NCBI GenBank assembly: GCA_051294905.1
Contig: CM119371.1
Location: forward strand, 33,854,001 to 33,918,000
DNA length: 64,000 nucleotides
Source: Botryllus schlosseri
Lineage: Eukaryota
Direction of reading: 5' to 3'
Shown: piece by piece, positions 1 through 12,881 of the stretch
Layout of the letters: each line of letters starts with the position of its first letter
Numbering within the stretch: position 1 is the first letter of the stretch
Program-made: the position numbers and the translations under genes
The notes under the pieces: generated by a model
What the model was told of the DNA's origin: nothing
The model's input: the letters and a program-made list of their open reading frames with translations, nothing else
The model's database searches: none

Positions 1-544
1 AGCTGAACCGGAAATAAGACTTTTTATTTCAGTCAACCGAACACGAAGTGGACAAAATTTATCATACTTTCGGAATTTTCCTCCGGTATTGCAATTCTGA
101 AAATTTTGGAAAAGTGTCCTCTTTTCAGATTTCCAAAATATGGTAACCCTCATCTATGACGATTTCTCGCCCCAACGATTTTCAGTGTAGCTACAACCCA
201 CGGCGTGGGGTCCACGCTAATATTGTGTATAAGCGGATCGTAAACGGCAAATTCAAATTTGCCAATTGCTAAATAACAGTTTGTGCTCGTTTCAATTAGG
301 CTACTAGGGCCTTGGGAGAATAAAAAAAATATGCATGAAATTCTGCCATAACGAATACCGCTCCTCGTAGTTGAACGAGGACACGTATAGCCCACCTACA
401 ATCAACCGAATACGGCTATTGCGAGCCACCGTTACTAGCAACGGCAAAGAACAGCTCCGTTATGATTTACATCGGGTATCGTTGAGTTTTACTGATTTTA
501 TGAGAAGATGGTCAGGTTTCAAATTACATATACTCCACTCATAT

Positions 545-886
545 AGGAAAGGAAAGGACGTAGTTTATTTTTGTCCTTGCTGTTTTTGCGGCATATACAC
601 ACACACGATCTGCGCATATGCATATCATGAGTGCATGACGTGCATATCATGAGTGCATGACGTGCATATGCCGCTGGACAAGGAAGGTGCAGATATAGCC
701 TTGTACGCGAATTTCTAAGTCTTGCACCACGCCTCCATGCTATCCCAGTAATGCATGAGCGCCAAGCAGGGAAGCTATGGATACCAGTGTTACAAATCAG
801 GTCTTTGGTCTGACCCGGCCGGGGATCGAACCCACGACCTACCGATCAAGAAGCCGGGCGCTTAACCATTACGCTATCTTGTCGAT
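545..886 (-). mobile_element. tRNA-derived SINE, family A, copy 1
   Basis: Reverse complement has an A box (TAGCGTAATGG), a B box (GGTTCGATCCC), the body CCAAAGACCTGA...CTTCCCTGCTTGGCGCTCATGCA and a (CCTTT)n tail. Collinear with the copy at 37771-38110. Confidence 0.85.
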
Positions 887-1143
887 CAGAAACAACATTC
901 AAACTCCTGCTATCCAACCAACAATTCAACAGTTTCGATATTATTTGATCTAACCAGAGTGGTGATTATTGAATACTATCATTATTTTACGAGGATTAGT
1001 GGTAGGCCTATCCGTTGTGAACCAGAGATAACGGCGGTTCTCCCAATCACAATACTACGCCAATAGGCCAAAAGAACACATACAACACGTCTGTCAAATC
1101 ATATATCTCGAAATCGCAGCATAACAATCCGCTTGTTCTAGAA

Positions 1144-2703
1144 CAGAGGTCTCAAACACGCGGCCCGCGGGCCGCATGCGGCCCGCGAACGCATTTTGTG
1201 CGGCCCGCGACGGCATTTTGTATTTTCAAGTGTTCAACAATATATTCAAGTGCCATATATCTTTTTTAGATATATGAACCTAAAGTTCACGCTAAAACTA
1301 CTATAAAAATCGCTGAAATCTCAACAAACTTCACTATCACTTTTCAAAGCTACCTTGCGGTAAAAGATCAGCTATTACGTCACATTTCTAGTTCATGATG
1401 GCGAAACTTGACCCGTTGATGATTCGTGACGGAAAATTGTGATTTGGTTAGGTGTGAACTTCTCGTAAAATGACTCGATTTCGGATTGACTGGGTGATTA
1501 AATAAATATGACTCGAGTTGAGTCGGGTCAAACGTAAAATCAGAGATGGACTTGTGACTGGGAACGGTGACTTGGTAATCCTACGGACGCAACAATCCAT
1601 GAAACTGTCATGGGCAATAATAATACATTAAAAGGTTGTAGCTTGCGTTGCGTAGGGTATATAGCTATCTAATCAGGTAAGTATGGCAACCATTGGTATT
1701 ATGTGACCCCCCGTGACGTATAGTTGGTTATATGCTGGGTGTTGTGTGCTCTCTTTATTCATGCTATTATCGGGGACGAGTAAGGTAGCAGTACGCTCTA
1801 CAGCTGTAACACCAATGAATTCTTCGCCAATTGGATATTTCTATTCCAGGGGTTCTTAACCAGGGTCCGCAGGCCCCATCGGGGTACAAAGCACCACATC
1901 AGGGTGTACGAGATTCATTGTGGAATCGGGCCTATATTCTGTGGAATATTTTCTTGGTCAATTTATTCAACTATAAAATAATCTTCACTCTAGGCGTGAT
2001 TTCATGTGAATGGGTTTTCTGATTTCAATATGGGCTCCATTAGTAATTGTGTTGAAAATGGACAGGGGCTACAAGAAATCTTATTGGAAGCACAATGGGT
2101 ACGATCGCTAAGGTTAAGAAGCAATGCTATTACTCTGGCTCAATAATGATTATATTCAAGTTGTTATTGATTTGTTTCAATAATAATTGAAGGCAAAATC
2201 TGGCGATGATTTAATTTGGCTTTGGCAATGACAGTAACAACAGCCTATACTTATCACGACTATATCAACACCAGGATTAGGCTACACCGCTCAAATGCTC
2301 TGATATCAGATCAATCTTCAGTAGATTTTCAAATATTCTGCGTAAAGTTGTGGCTCGTCAAAGGTCCACTATAGCTGCAAATTATAACCCGACAGTTTTA
2401 TGATGCCATGATGCATCCTCTCGCATGATATCTATAACTAATTAGTTTAAAAAAGTATGCCCGGCACAAAAACAATGTTATTCAAATACTTCAAAATGTT
2501 ATTATTTTTTGTGTCAAGCGTGAATAGTACAATAGTAAATTACATTTCCTCAATGTTTGTGGAATGCCTGTCTGCAAGGTCCCCGTCAAATTAGGCCTAC
2601 CTGGAAGTTATACACTGAATATCCCTATTATTGAGGCTGCGGCCCGCGGCGTCATCAAAACTAGGAAATTGGCCCGCGAGCGCATTTGAGTTTGAGACCT
2701 CTG
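1144..2703. mobile_element. Non-autonomous hAT (Charlie/Buster-type) element inserted into a Penelope remnant
   Basis: TIRs CAGAGGTCTCAAAC...GTTTGAGACCTCTG, perfect 8-bp TSD TTCTAGAA (1136-1143 / 2704-2711), subterminal GGCCCGCG repeats. Confidence 0.93.
1847..2126. mobile_element. Small degenerate hAT MITE nested in 1144-2703
   Basis: Ends CAGGGGTTCTTAAC / GTTAAGAAGCAATG. TSD is not clean. Confidence 0.55.
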
Positions 2704-2927
2704 TTCTAGAACATAACCAGGCCATGAGTCAAAAATCTTCTATTGGCAAACATTTACTAGAAAATCATACATGTGCTGCTAACTACCACGAGGAAATGTT
2801 CTCTGTATTGGCTAAGGGTCGCAATTTATTTCATTTGTATGTTCTTGAGTCCACCATCATCACTATGAGTAAACCTAGTTTATGCCAACAGAAAGAATTT
2901 GTGTATCATTTGAAAATCGCGCATTAA
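2704..2927 (+). pseudogene. C-terminal part of a Penelope-like element GIY-YIG endonuclease (5'-truncated, split by hAT)
   Basis: Translation SSIGKHLLENHTCAANY...FSVLAKGRNLFHLYVLESTIITMSKPSLCQQKEFVYHLKI resembles PLE GIY-YIG C-termini (S.IG.HL...LE...I....P.LC.Q). The frame continues left of the hAT insertion (about 1090-1143, KSYISKSQHNNPLVLE). Confidence 0.75.
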
Positions 2928-3069
2928 CTTGTTTGGCTTCGCTATCTCCATGCCACCGCTTCCGTTCTCTCGTTTTCCTAACTTTGTATATTTTCTGTGT
3001 GACATCATAATTAGCGATATATATTGATGCTGAACATAGTTATTCGTATTCTCGCATTATTGCTGACGA

Positions 3070-3109
3070 TATTCCCCTGACGAGCGTCAGCCGAAAAGCC
3101 TCGCGAATA
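3070..3109 (+). ncRNA. Minimal type I hammerhead ribozyme (probably mutated) in the Penelope 3' region
   Basis: TATTCCC-CTGACGA-GCGTCAGCC-GAAA-AGCC-TC-GCGAATA: core CUGAnGA and GAAA, UC cleavage site, stem I TATTCCC/G(C)GAATA. It lies about 140 bp after the PLE stop codon. Confidence 0.7.
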
Positions 3110-4106
3110 AAATGAATATTTTATTCAAATGTGTTATGAAGTTCTGTACTCCTAAGCGTATCTTAATAGGCCATTCGCAGGACTTCGATCACGTGACTAG
3201 ACACGCATAGCAACCACAAATTGGTTAGCAAGCTACTTTCTCGCGCACCTGCTTCAGTGCTAAACACAGCATACTGTACTGTTGATTTCTGGTTGCAAAC
3301 GTTTCAGAAATTTGTTGTGGAAGTCATCAGAGATTCACCTATGCTAGACGTCAGTCATGTACAAAGCATTTCGAATGACATCGTCAGAATTACGCAGGAA
3401 TCCCTCGGTAACGTAGTCGTATTACGGTACTCAACTCAGATCATATGTACATAAATTCTGGCATTTGAAGTAGAGCGATTGGTTTGTATTCTGTTAAGAG
3501 TATTTGTTAGTTCAAGAAGTACTATATGTCTGTTGTGGAGCCTGATTTTGGATGGAAGATATGACTGCGGAAGCAGCTGGGACCCGCAAGGATCAGGATA
3601 TACTATCTGCTCTGATGTCGTGCTGACATAAAACAATGTCGCTGAACACATCGGAAGTATCTTTTGGGAAAACCTGACATCAAGACTAAACAAAGCAGTG
3701 CACTTCATTGTTGCCTTGTACAGAGCTGATTTTACCAGCACTACTTATTGACGACGTGATATTTAATGCAGCATCAAGTTAGGTGTTGAGAGTATACTAT
3801 AGCCTACTATAGTTGGATTGTATAGTGGTAGTTGGTAATCATTGCAGTATTTTGATGATTGATATCGTTTGCAATATATATAGGATACCGCCATTTGTAA
3901 GCCTGAAGAGACAATTGATTAATGACTGCCAGTATGCTGATTTGTTAGGAATTCATCCAACATGCTACATACCATAGATATATTAAACATCCTATCCTAT
4001 TGTATGGCTTCTCAGTTAAACAATTCAAAATATTTAGACCTCTATACCTATAATATATATACCTAAGTTATTGATCATTCTGTCATGCTGCCGAGTGCCA
4101 CTACAC

Positions 4107-5570
4107 CAGCGGGGCGGGCAACTTCTCCAGTCGGCGGGCCGGATATAGGAAAATTTAGTACTTGGCGGGCCGGATTGCTGAATCGATACATTATTCGCCC
4201 AATTATCCACATATACAAGGAATAAATTGTATTTAATGAATATATTTTAACGACAGCAATGTCACTTCAAAGCCATTTCTCGCCGATAATGACGAGGGTA
4301 TAATGTGGATTCGAGAAGAGCATTGTCATACAGGCGCCGCCATGTCTGCTTCTCTCTGATCATAGTGTCCTATACGGTGTGGAAACAGGCAAATCTCACG
4401 GCTCAATGAAATTGGTCTACGTCACACTTTCCATTTGGTCAAAGTCAATTTGACGGTAGTTTTTGACCGACTTGCCGAGCATTAAATTTGATAAAACGGT
4501 TATTAATCGAAAGCTACCGCGGTGCTGGTTGTGAAAATATAAATTCTATTCTGCTCGTGATTCTGGAGCCCCACGCAGCCATGCCGTCTGAGCAGCTCAG
4601 AAAGAAGCGCGCACGAGAGTGAGAGGGTGAAGTGAATGCACAATCGGTTGCGCAATAATGGCCAATACGCTTGCGGTTTACTCTGCTCCTCACTTGCTCC
4701 CAGACGGCATGGTTGCGTCACAATACCAAACTCCGTTACTATGCAACATTCGAAGCTGATTTTGGGGGGTTCCAGGGCCATGAGCAGAATAGAATTTATA
4801 TTTTCGCAATCAGTACCGCGGTAGCTTTCGATTGATACCCGTTTAATCAATTTTAATGCTCGACAAACCGGTCAAAAATTACCGTCAAATTGCCTTTGAC
4901 CAAAGGGAAAGTGTGACGTAGACCAATTTCACTTAGCCGTGAGATTTGCTTGTGTACACAACAAAAAGAACGCTATGCTGTGATCAATCAACTCACGGTG
5001 CAATCCCTAATAAATATTTGAAGGCGTTCGATAAGCCCGATACCCCAAATTTACCAATATAACAATTCATTAGGGCTGAGTAGGTGATGAGATAGCGTCG
5101 TTGTGTTCATTTTATCTCGATATTAAATTCATGAGGACTGCGGCATCTGCGAAATTTGAAAAGTGGCCCGCGACCCGTTTTGAGTTGGCGACCCCCGGCA
5201 TAAGCGGTGTCTTACAAAAGCCTACAAGTGTGCCGTGCTACAAGTCAGTGGTTACGGTCTGGTGTAAATAACCATTGTAGTCTAGAAACACCATGATTAC
5301 CTAAAACGATATTGGGGTTGAGTACATCGTAAATGCCGATAATGCAATTCTTCCCGCTTCGACGAACTTACGCGTAAGCTCCACTCGCACGCTGTGTATA
5401 AAAATAACATACAGTGACTAAAATTTGGCATAGTAAGCAAGTAGCGGGGTATCTCGGCAGACTGTAGTCGCGGGTCACATTATCATATAGGACGGAAAAC
5501 TGTCCGCGGGCCGGACAAAATCCCTTCGTGGGCCGGATCCGGCCCGCGGGCCGTATGTTGCCCACCCCTG
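4107..5570. mobile_element. Non-autonomous hAT (Charlie/Buster-type) element
   Basis: TIRs CAGCGGGGCGGGCAAC / GTTGCCCACCCCTG, perfect TSD CACTACAC (4099-4106 / 5571-5578), GCGGGCCGGA subterminal repeats. Confidence 0.9.
4361..4977. mobile_element. Foldback MITE with about 210-bp imperfect inverted arms (CATAG...CTATG), nested in 4107-5570
   Basis: 4361-4572 is reverse-complementary to 4766-4977 (e.g. GAAATTGGTCTACGTCACACTTTCC / GGAAAGTGTGACGTAGACCAATTTC). Confidence 0.75.
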
Positions 5571-5964
5571 CACTACACGAAGAAAATGATCATCAGCTCC
5601 AACTGCTGATGCAACAAACTGCCTGGATTACTTGATTGATCGCCTGGATTGGATTACTTTACTGTTTGGCACATTGCAAATATCTTGAGTTTCAAGACAT
5701 GGCTTTAACACATGTATACGAAGATCCGATGGATTATCCCAAGAGAGCCGCACATAGGCAGCTAAGAAATTGATGATGCCCTCGTCAAAAATTCAGCCTG
5801 GAGCCAATTATGATCACCACATAAAATTTGGGCATGCAGTAAAAGGCAGTGCGGTTTCATGCCGACAGAAATGTCAGCAGATGATCTGACCACTGACTAA
5901 CTGTCCTGAACTTCTTTCCCAATGTTGATATCTGCTTTGAAAATAATATTTCATTTGCGTACAG

Positions 5965-7251
5965 CAGGGGTTCTCAACTTTCCTTGCATAACGGGTCGCA
6001 TCTTAACAGCAAAAACCGCTGCGGGACGCAGAACATTAATACCGTATATTTGTGGACTACTCATTTATTTAGGTTAATATAGCCTATTTACCAGTCGTAT
6101 ATGGGCATTTAGTACATTTGTATGCATTCTGCAGCATTAATGGACAGCGTCCGTAAGCTTTTAGTTGCTGTTTCTAGTTAGATTATGTCATCTCTCAACG
6201 GAACAAGTAAATCCCTTCATGAAGCGTGCATTGCATTCGTTCCCGAATAGGTATGTGCAGTGTGCAGTTGTGTGTGCAGTGTGCAGTTGTGCACCTTCAA
6301 ACCCTTGCACCAGACAACTGAACTCTCTGTTTCAATGCGTGAGCGAGCAAGTATACAATTACGGTAACTTTTTCGTTACAGAGGCCATTGTCACTTTGAG
6401 CTCTCAGTGATATGATAAGAAGTCTCATGGCCGGGGTAATTTCTGAGCAAACCAATCAACCCTTATCATTTACTTCCATGGCTGATGCCCTGCACCAATA
6501 GTTAAGGAAGTCAGCTTTGTCAAGTTGATGTTGTCTACTAGTCCCCTCCCCCAACGTTTTCCCGACCAGAATTACGTCTACAAATATATCCACTCCGATA
6601 GAATACTCCAATACAATTAGCGTTGCAATGTCCGTGGATTTTGTCGAATGCTAGGTTAAAGTAGTCTACGCGGCAACGTGTTTCAAAACATGCGACAAAA
6701 GATCAACTAAGATTGCAGTTACTCTTCTTGTCACGGTTGAATCGGACAACTGCAGCTTCGAAATTTGTTAAATGAAGTTGTCCTTGCTGCTAAATTTCGG
6801 AAACAGCGGAGATTTGCACAGTATAGTAACGTTTTGTTGAAAACACACCTTTTCTAGCAGATTTCATGGGTTTAGCGATATACCAAGCAATTTTGAACCA
6901 TGCGTCTTTAACATCGTCGGCAATCTCAACAATGCCTCAAAATACGGATTGCTGGGCATGAGACCTAGCTAGCAACGCTTTTTTCTAAGATCAGGTGATA
7001 TGTATAACTCCAGACGGAACTGTCCGAAAACCTATTCAAAACAATAAGAATCTAAACTCGACCAAATATCAAGAAACCAGGACACATTGAAGAATGACAA
7101 TAAATCAAACGAAATAGAGACGGTGCGATAAGAGAGCTTAAGTAGCTAAACTATTATGTAACAATACTGTGCCGGTTGTGATTGCGATCATATCGAAAGA
7201 TCTCGCGGGCCGCAGAAGAAGCGTCTGCGGGCCGCGGGTTGAGAACCCCTG
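5965..7251. mobile_element. Non-autonomous hAT (Charlie/Buster-type) element
   Basis: TIRs CAGGGGTTCTCAAC / GTTGAGAACCCCTG, perfect TSD GCGTACAG (5957-5964 / 7252-7259). Confidence 0.93.
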
Positions 7252-7568
7252 GCGTACAGCAAGATAAGCGCTCTTACGTAGATGCCATGAATCTGTCTAG
7301 ACAAGTGGCTATGGAGGCCGAGGAAAAGACATGGGCATAAAGTGTCGGCAGTTATTGAACTTGATAAGGTTGACATGCATTCTTCAACTATTTTTTATGC
7401 TGTGGGTATCGAATGCAAAACAAAAATTAATAAATAGCCCTTTCCAAGTATATTTGTAAATTCAATGAATCAAAGAATATCATTTGTTCAGAATATTACG
7501 AAGTCAATGCAAAAGAAACAATGTTCGTCGTCTTTAAAGGGTGTTTCTGAGTTGTTTGAACCAATATA

Positions 7569-8094
7569 CAGAGGGGGTCAGCAGCGAAGTACTATTTTAC
7601 CTGAGTACTCGCGTCATTATGAGTTTAGGCTACTCCCACTTCTACTTGACACTTTTTAGGCAGTACCTTTTTGTCAGACTTGAGATCTTGTCAACTGGAA
7701 AGTAGCTTTAGCGCATGATTGACTCCCCTTCGAGCGTGAGGTTGTCATAACAACCGGGCATAATAGCCCCACAGTACAACGGTAACTAAATCAATTTTTA
7801 GAAAATTGCACCTATTTGTAGTGCCATTACTCTTTTGCGTTGATTAAGAAGATGCACCGTGCAATGTTAACAGTTGTCACCTGGCATAAATTTCTAAAAC
7901 TAAGCAACCCTCAACCAATTTCTACTTCGTGTAACGAATTTCTTGACTACTTTCCAGAAATTCATTTCTACTTCCACTTGAAGTACTTTTAACCGGTCTT
8001 GGAAGTAAATAGTTCTACTTGTACTGGAGTATAAATTACGGAGTTACTTCTACTTCTACTCGGTTCCCGACAATGACTACGTTGACCACCTCTG
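7569..8094. mobile_element. CAGAGGTGGTC-family hAT-like element, short degenerate copy
   Basis: Ends CAGAGGGGGTCA / TGACCACCTCTG with TACT-rich subterminal repeats as in 17888-19161. No matching TSD. Confidence 0.65.
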
Positions 8095-9432
8095 GGTATA
8101 GGATGACCGATCTTGTCACTGCGGTTGAGCTGCTCTAAGATTGATTTGATAGTTACTTCTCTTAGTTCCCTAAATAGCGCACATGTGAAATCAACTATTT
8201 GTCAAAATCGCGTGTGATTTTCCAAATCCACTTCCATCGCAGTTTCGAAGAAGTGCTAATAAAATCAGCATTGTATAAGGCAACAATGCAGTGCACTGCT
8301 TTGTTTAGTCTTGATGTCAGGTTCTCCCAAAAGATAGTTCCGATGTGTTCAGCGACATTGTTTTATGTCAGCACGATAGCAGAGCAGACAGTACATTCTG
8401 ATCCTCGCGGGTCCTAGCTGCTTCAGTCATATCTTCCATCCAAAATCAGGCTCCACAACAGACATATAGTACTACTTGAACTAACAAATACTCTTACCAG
8501 AATATAAACCAATCGCTCTACTGGAAATGCCAGAATGTAAGTACATATGATCAGAGTTGAGCACCGTAAACGACTACGTTACCACGTTACCGAGGAATTT
8601 CTGCGTAATTCTGACGATGTCATTCGAATTGCTTTGTACAGGACTGACGTCTAGCATAGGTGAATCTCTGATGACCCCCACAACAAATTTCTGAAACGTT
8701 TACAACCTGAAATCAACAGTACAGTAAGCGATATTTAGCACCGAAGCAGGTGCGCGAGAAAGTAGCTTGCTAACCAATTTGTGGTTGCTATGCGTATCTA
8801 GTCACGTGATCGAGGTTCTGCAAAAGGCGTATTATGACTACGTATAGATGACCCGTAAAGCAAAGCCGGGCATAGCCAATGCACGTGATGTAATAATGAG
8901 CAGCGGAATTTACAAATTCTAAATTCCTATACTATCGACAACTTGATAAAGGTGCTTTTCCTTGTTTACAAATTTTCAGTCGTACCATAGTACTCATGAA
9001 AAGCAATCATTCAGCTGACTAGAAATCTATTAGACATGCAAAGTAATCAATTACGATTAGTTCATATTGTTTTCGAATATAATCAATCGCGATTTCTTGA
9101 AAACTGTTGTAATCGTCCGAATCGATTAAAATTACAAAACACGATTACCCAGTGTCTGTATCTGATGTATCTGAACTTAGTGGTGCACCTGCAAGTTGAA
9201 ATAAAATCTGCTACTAAAATGGCCACATGATAGTCATCCTGTTTCTATTATCACTAAAATCATTCGCTATACGACTCCAACTTAATAACCAAACCCCAAC
9301 GCACAAAATGGACCTGTGACATTTCGTACCTGTATGCTAACAAACAAATGGCAGGCACGGTTCCCGGCCACGATTTTTGCCGTTCGGTTTCCATCGTACG
9401 GTTAATAGACCGTCTGGCCGTTGAAAGGCTAT

Positions 9433-11955
9433 AGGCTAATTCACACATGCACGGTTCCCGGCCACGATTTTTGCCGTGCGGTTTTCCATCGCACGGTTAA
9501 CAGGCCGCCTTGCCGCGTACAGGCGGCATGCCGGTATGATGGTACTGCCATGTAGTAATCTGCACTCAGTAGTAGTAATCAGTCGTTTTGTTATGTATGC
9601 TCGCCAGTTGTGGTTATTCTATATTACTATGCGATGAGTGTTTTGCGTCTGGCAACGATATTGCGATCAGGCTGACTCAGTTGCACGTGTTTCTACAGCA
9701 CTCTGTTTTCTGCATACCTGATAAATCACTGCTTGTGATCACAGGGCTGCCTGCTATTCACTTATTCTGGTTCAATGTGTGTGTCTGATTGAAGGACTGC
9801 TACAAGTCATTTCATAACCTTGTTATCCTTGTATATATGTAGTTGACGTTAATTATTTGCATTTGCCATTTTAACCTAGAATTCCATGTCCTGTGTTGTG
9901 ATTATCATGTAGCAAATGAGTACCTAGTTAGTTGATAGAAGCTGGTAATTTATTCCTGCAACACTATTTCATTTTATCAACTAAAATGAGTTCAGATTCA
10001 TATTATATTGATGCATGCATTTTTTCTACATAATGGTGTCTTTTCAATCTTACTACATCTGTTTACAAAAATTTTACTCTATAATCCTTTCCAGTAGTAG
10101 AAAATCAGGCCAGTTGTTGATGACAGCCTACATCAACATCAATTGCTGATGTACTGCAAATGCAAACATCTGGTATGTCCATTTCCATTCATTTCTAATA
10201 TTCATTTTAGTATTACTGCTGTAATTTCATTCAGTGGGGCAAGTGAAAACTCGATGGTCGACTTCGAGGAGCAATTTCTGGGAAAGGGGGAATCATTTAC
10301 TCCTAGTTGAAATGCTGCATTTGCACAAGATATGACGTCATACTAGCAGAAAATGTTTCTCGCATCCAACGCAGAGAATAGATCGTGATAAAGTATAAAT
10401 TTTTAGCTTCTTTGTTGACCATACTCATCTGTGTATCACTGTTGCCAACCTGCCAGATATTGAAAAAGTTTACTACTCTGATAGTTTGATTACTGCAGCA
10501 GGATAAGTTGAAGCAATGATTGGTTGAAGTGAGAACATCAGATATTGTGAATTGTGGTGAATCTTTGCATGAAGTAAAATTCCTTATGGCATATTAAATT
10601 TCAAAGGCATTGCTGTAAAATAACCTTTCAAATGTTTTAATATTGGAATTTATAAACCACTGCCAGAGACAAATGATGTGGAACCAGGTGATGTGTAAAC
10701 TAGCACTGCTACGTCATCTCTTGCATCCACCAACAACAACGCATCATTGAACTCTACAATTGGCAGACAATTACCAGGGAAGAGCGAAGATACTATGATG
10801 ACAGACATTTGATGCAGGTAGGTGTAGATGTGCTGTATGACTTGTCACGCTATGCATGTAACATATAAATTATATCTTATTCAGGGTGACATGATAAAGT
10901 TTCGACAGAAGAGCACTGACCACTTTTCTGCGCCCAAGACTAATATGATCATTTTGCGAACTTTATGGCGGAACAGTTGTGAGTCAACGGAGGCTGTGTG
11001 TGCTGCTGCAATAATGAAGGACATTATGCAAACTTTACAAGTTTATGATCACAAGAACCAGTTGAAAACTTGCACTGTTATTTCATGCATACTGTTTTGT
11101 CTATTATGATTATTACTACATCGATTTAATTGGTACCGTTGTATTGCATCTTATTCTTGTTTTTTCTTCAAATGTATGCATTCTCTATTTGCAGATGTTG
11201 CTTTCAAGTGTAACCATTTCATTTCATTGTTCATCAGTTCTTTGCATAACATGATTGAAGATTCAATTCTGTATTGTAAGACACACTTGATTTCTTGGAA
11301 TGATCAGGAATAGGTGTCTATTTATCCAAGGTGGTCCGAATATTCAGCGTTTCTACTCATACATTCGTATTGCTGTAAAGTTTTACTCGCCTTCAAGTAG
11401 CATTGGCAATTTCAGAGAAATGTGGAAACTACTTCAAGTGTAGGAAATGAAGAAATGAAAGATGATCAAGTAGTTTTAAATAGTAGATTTGGTTGATGGC
11501 TCGAATAGTTTTAGCAGAGGTGGTAACTTTGAAATTGCAGGGTGCATCTTTGTGACTATCGCAAACTGACTTGTGACACTACAAATAGGTGCAAATATTC
11601 CAAAGTGCAAAAAGTAGATTAGTTATGTTGTTGCGTGGAAGTGATATAAAACACAACCTATTGAAAAAGTAGACAAAACCTCTGAGTACTCCTTACTAAC
11701 CACCTGGGCTTTATATAGGCCTGTCATATTTCAATATGTTGGAAATAGGCATAGCAAACTGGAATGGAATCAGGGTGCACCGCTTGCAAACGTGGTTGAT
11801 CGACCGCGGCAGTGTGAATATACGTCCGGTTGGTCGTCGTACGGCTACCGTACAGTGATCGCGTATAATCGCGAGTCGTGAATATGTGAATTAAGTCTTG
11901 CGATACGTGCGTTAGGCGCGAATTTACCGTGCGAACCGGGTATGTGTGTATATTG
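9433..11955. mobile_element. PIF/Harbinger-type non-autonomous element, copy A (lacks the later insertions seen in copy B)
   Basis: Begins with TIR AGGCTAATTCACAC. About 2.5 kb is collinear in reverse complement with 43749-51053 once three insertions there are removed. The right end is degenerate and abuts a hAT element. Confidence 0.75.
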
Positions 11956-12881
11956 CAGCGGTTCTCAACCGGTGGTCTGCAAACCAATGTTCCCTCTAAT
12001 TTTTGACGAGTCTGCGCACACTCACCAACTCACTGCGCAGACCCTTGGACAACAGTGCGTAACGAGTGAAGAAAAGGTCATCACTTCAAATTTTTTGTGC
12101 GCAACTTAGATTGTCTGTGCGCAGAGACCGTGTTATCACTGCGCATTTGCGCACGTGCGCAGCTTAGAGGGAACATTGCTGCAAACCCCTAGGATTCCGC
12201 GAAACTTACAAATTAGAAAAATGTGCGATGACCTAATTTCTATCTTTTTGGTTAGATAAATCGCGAAGCAGTTTCGCTTCATAATTGCCAAAACTCCAAG
12301 GACTCACATAAACAGAATGGCAGTCTGAGATATGAAATTGCCTAAACTCATATTAACTGTGAAATTGCCAATAGCCTATACTGATACTAACATATTGCTG
12401 TTCAGAGAAGATTTGTTGGGGATTCGGGATAAATTCGCTGGCAAAAAAATCTATTTTCTTCTGTGATATATATATATAACCGATTAGACCCAAAGGTGTC
12501 GTCGGAAATGTTACGCGTTATTAACTTATTATTACATTCGCCACCACCTATCTTGGTGCAAGTTCATGGATTTTCGGTGCTCGTTCATGTCAAATCGACG
12601 GCGCTGATTTTAGAGGCATGGCAGTGTACTTCAAGAAATTCAGCCACAGAATTCGCTTTGAAATAATAAACGTCTTCCTGATTTCTGCATAAATATTATG
12701 ATGTTACTTTCAAGAAAAGTCATTTTGATTCCGTTTTTACTAGCCTACAGTTAATATTTGCATAGGACATATTACGGTTGCATGATATTTGAGTTAAATT
12801 TGAACTAAAGCTTTGGGGTCCGCGGGGGTCCGTGGTGGTCCAAAGGGGGTCTGCGCAGTCAAAAAAGGTTGAGAACCACTG
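11956..12881. mobile_element. Non-autonomous hAT element
   Basis: TIRs CAGCGGTTCTCAACC / GGTTGAGAACCACTG with GGGGTCCGCG subterminal motifs. TSD not matched. Confidence 0.75.
11985..12178. mobile_element. 194-bp MITE (CAATGTTCCCTCTAA family) nested in hAT
   Basis: TIRs CAATGTTCCCTCTAA / TTAGAGGGAACATTG, perfect TSD CTGCAAAC (11977-11984 / 12179-12186). Confidence 0.93.

Larger units (their letters stand above)
3165..8833. mobile_element. Putative long-TIR element (arms about 580 bp: 3165-3745 and 8250-8833) filled with nested insertions
   Basis: 3165-3745 is the reverse complement of about 8250-8833. ORFs 3436..3741(-) and 8199..8417(+) give near-identical peptides. Termini are ATAGGCCATTCGCAG / CTGCAAAAGGCGTAT, each flanked by TA. 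Confidence 0.65.

Noticed and set aside
6150..7000. hAT transposase remnants inside 5965-7251
   Set aside because: I could not recover ordered catalytic motifs in any frame by eye.
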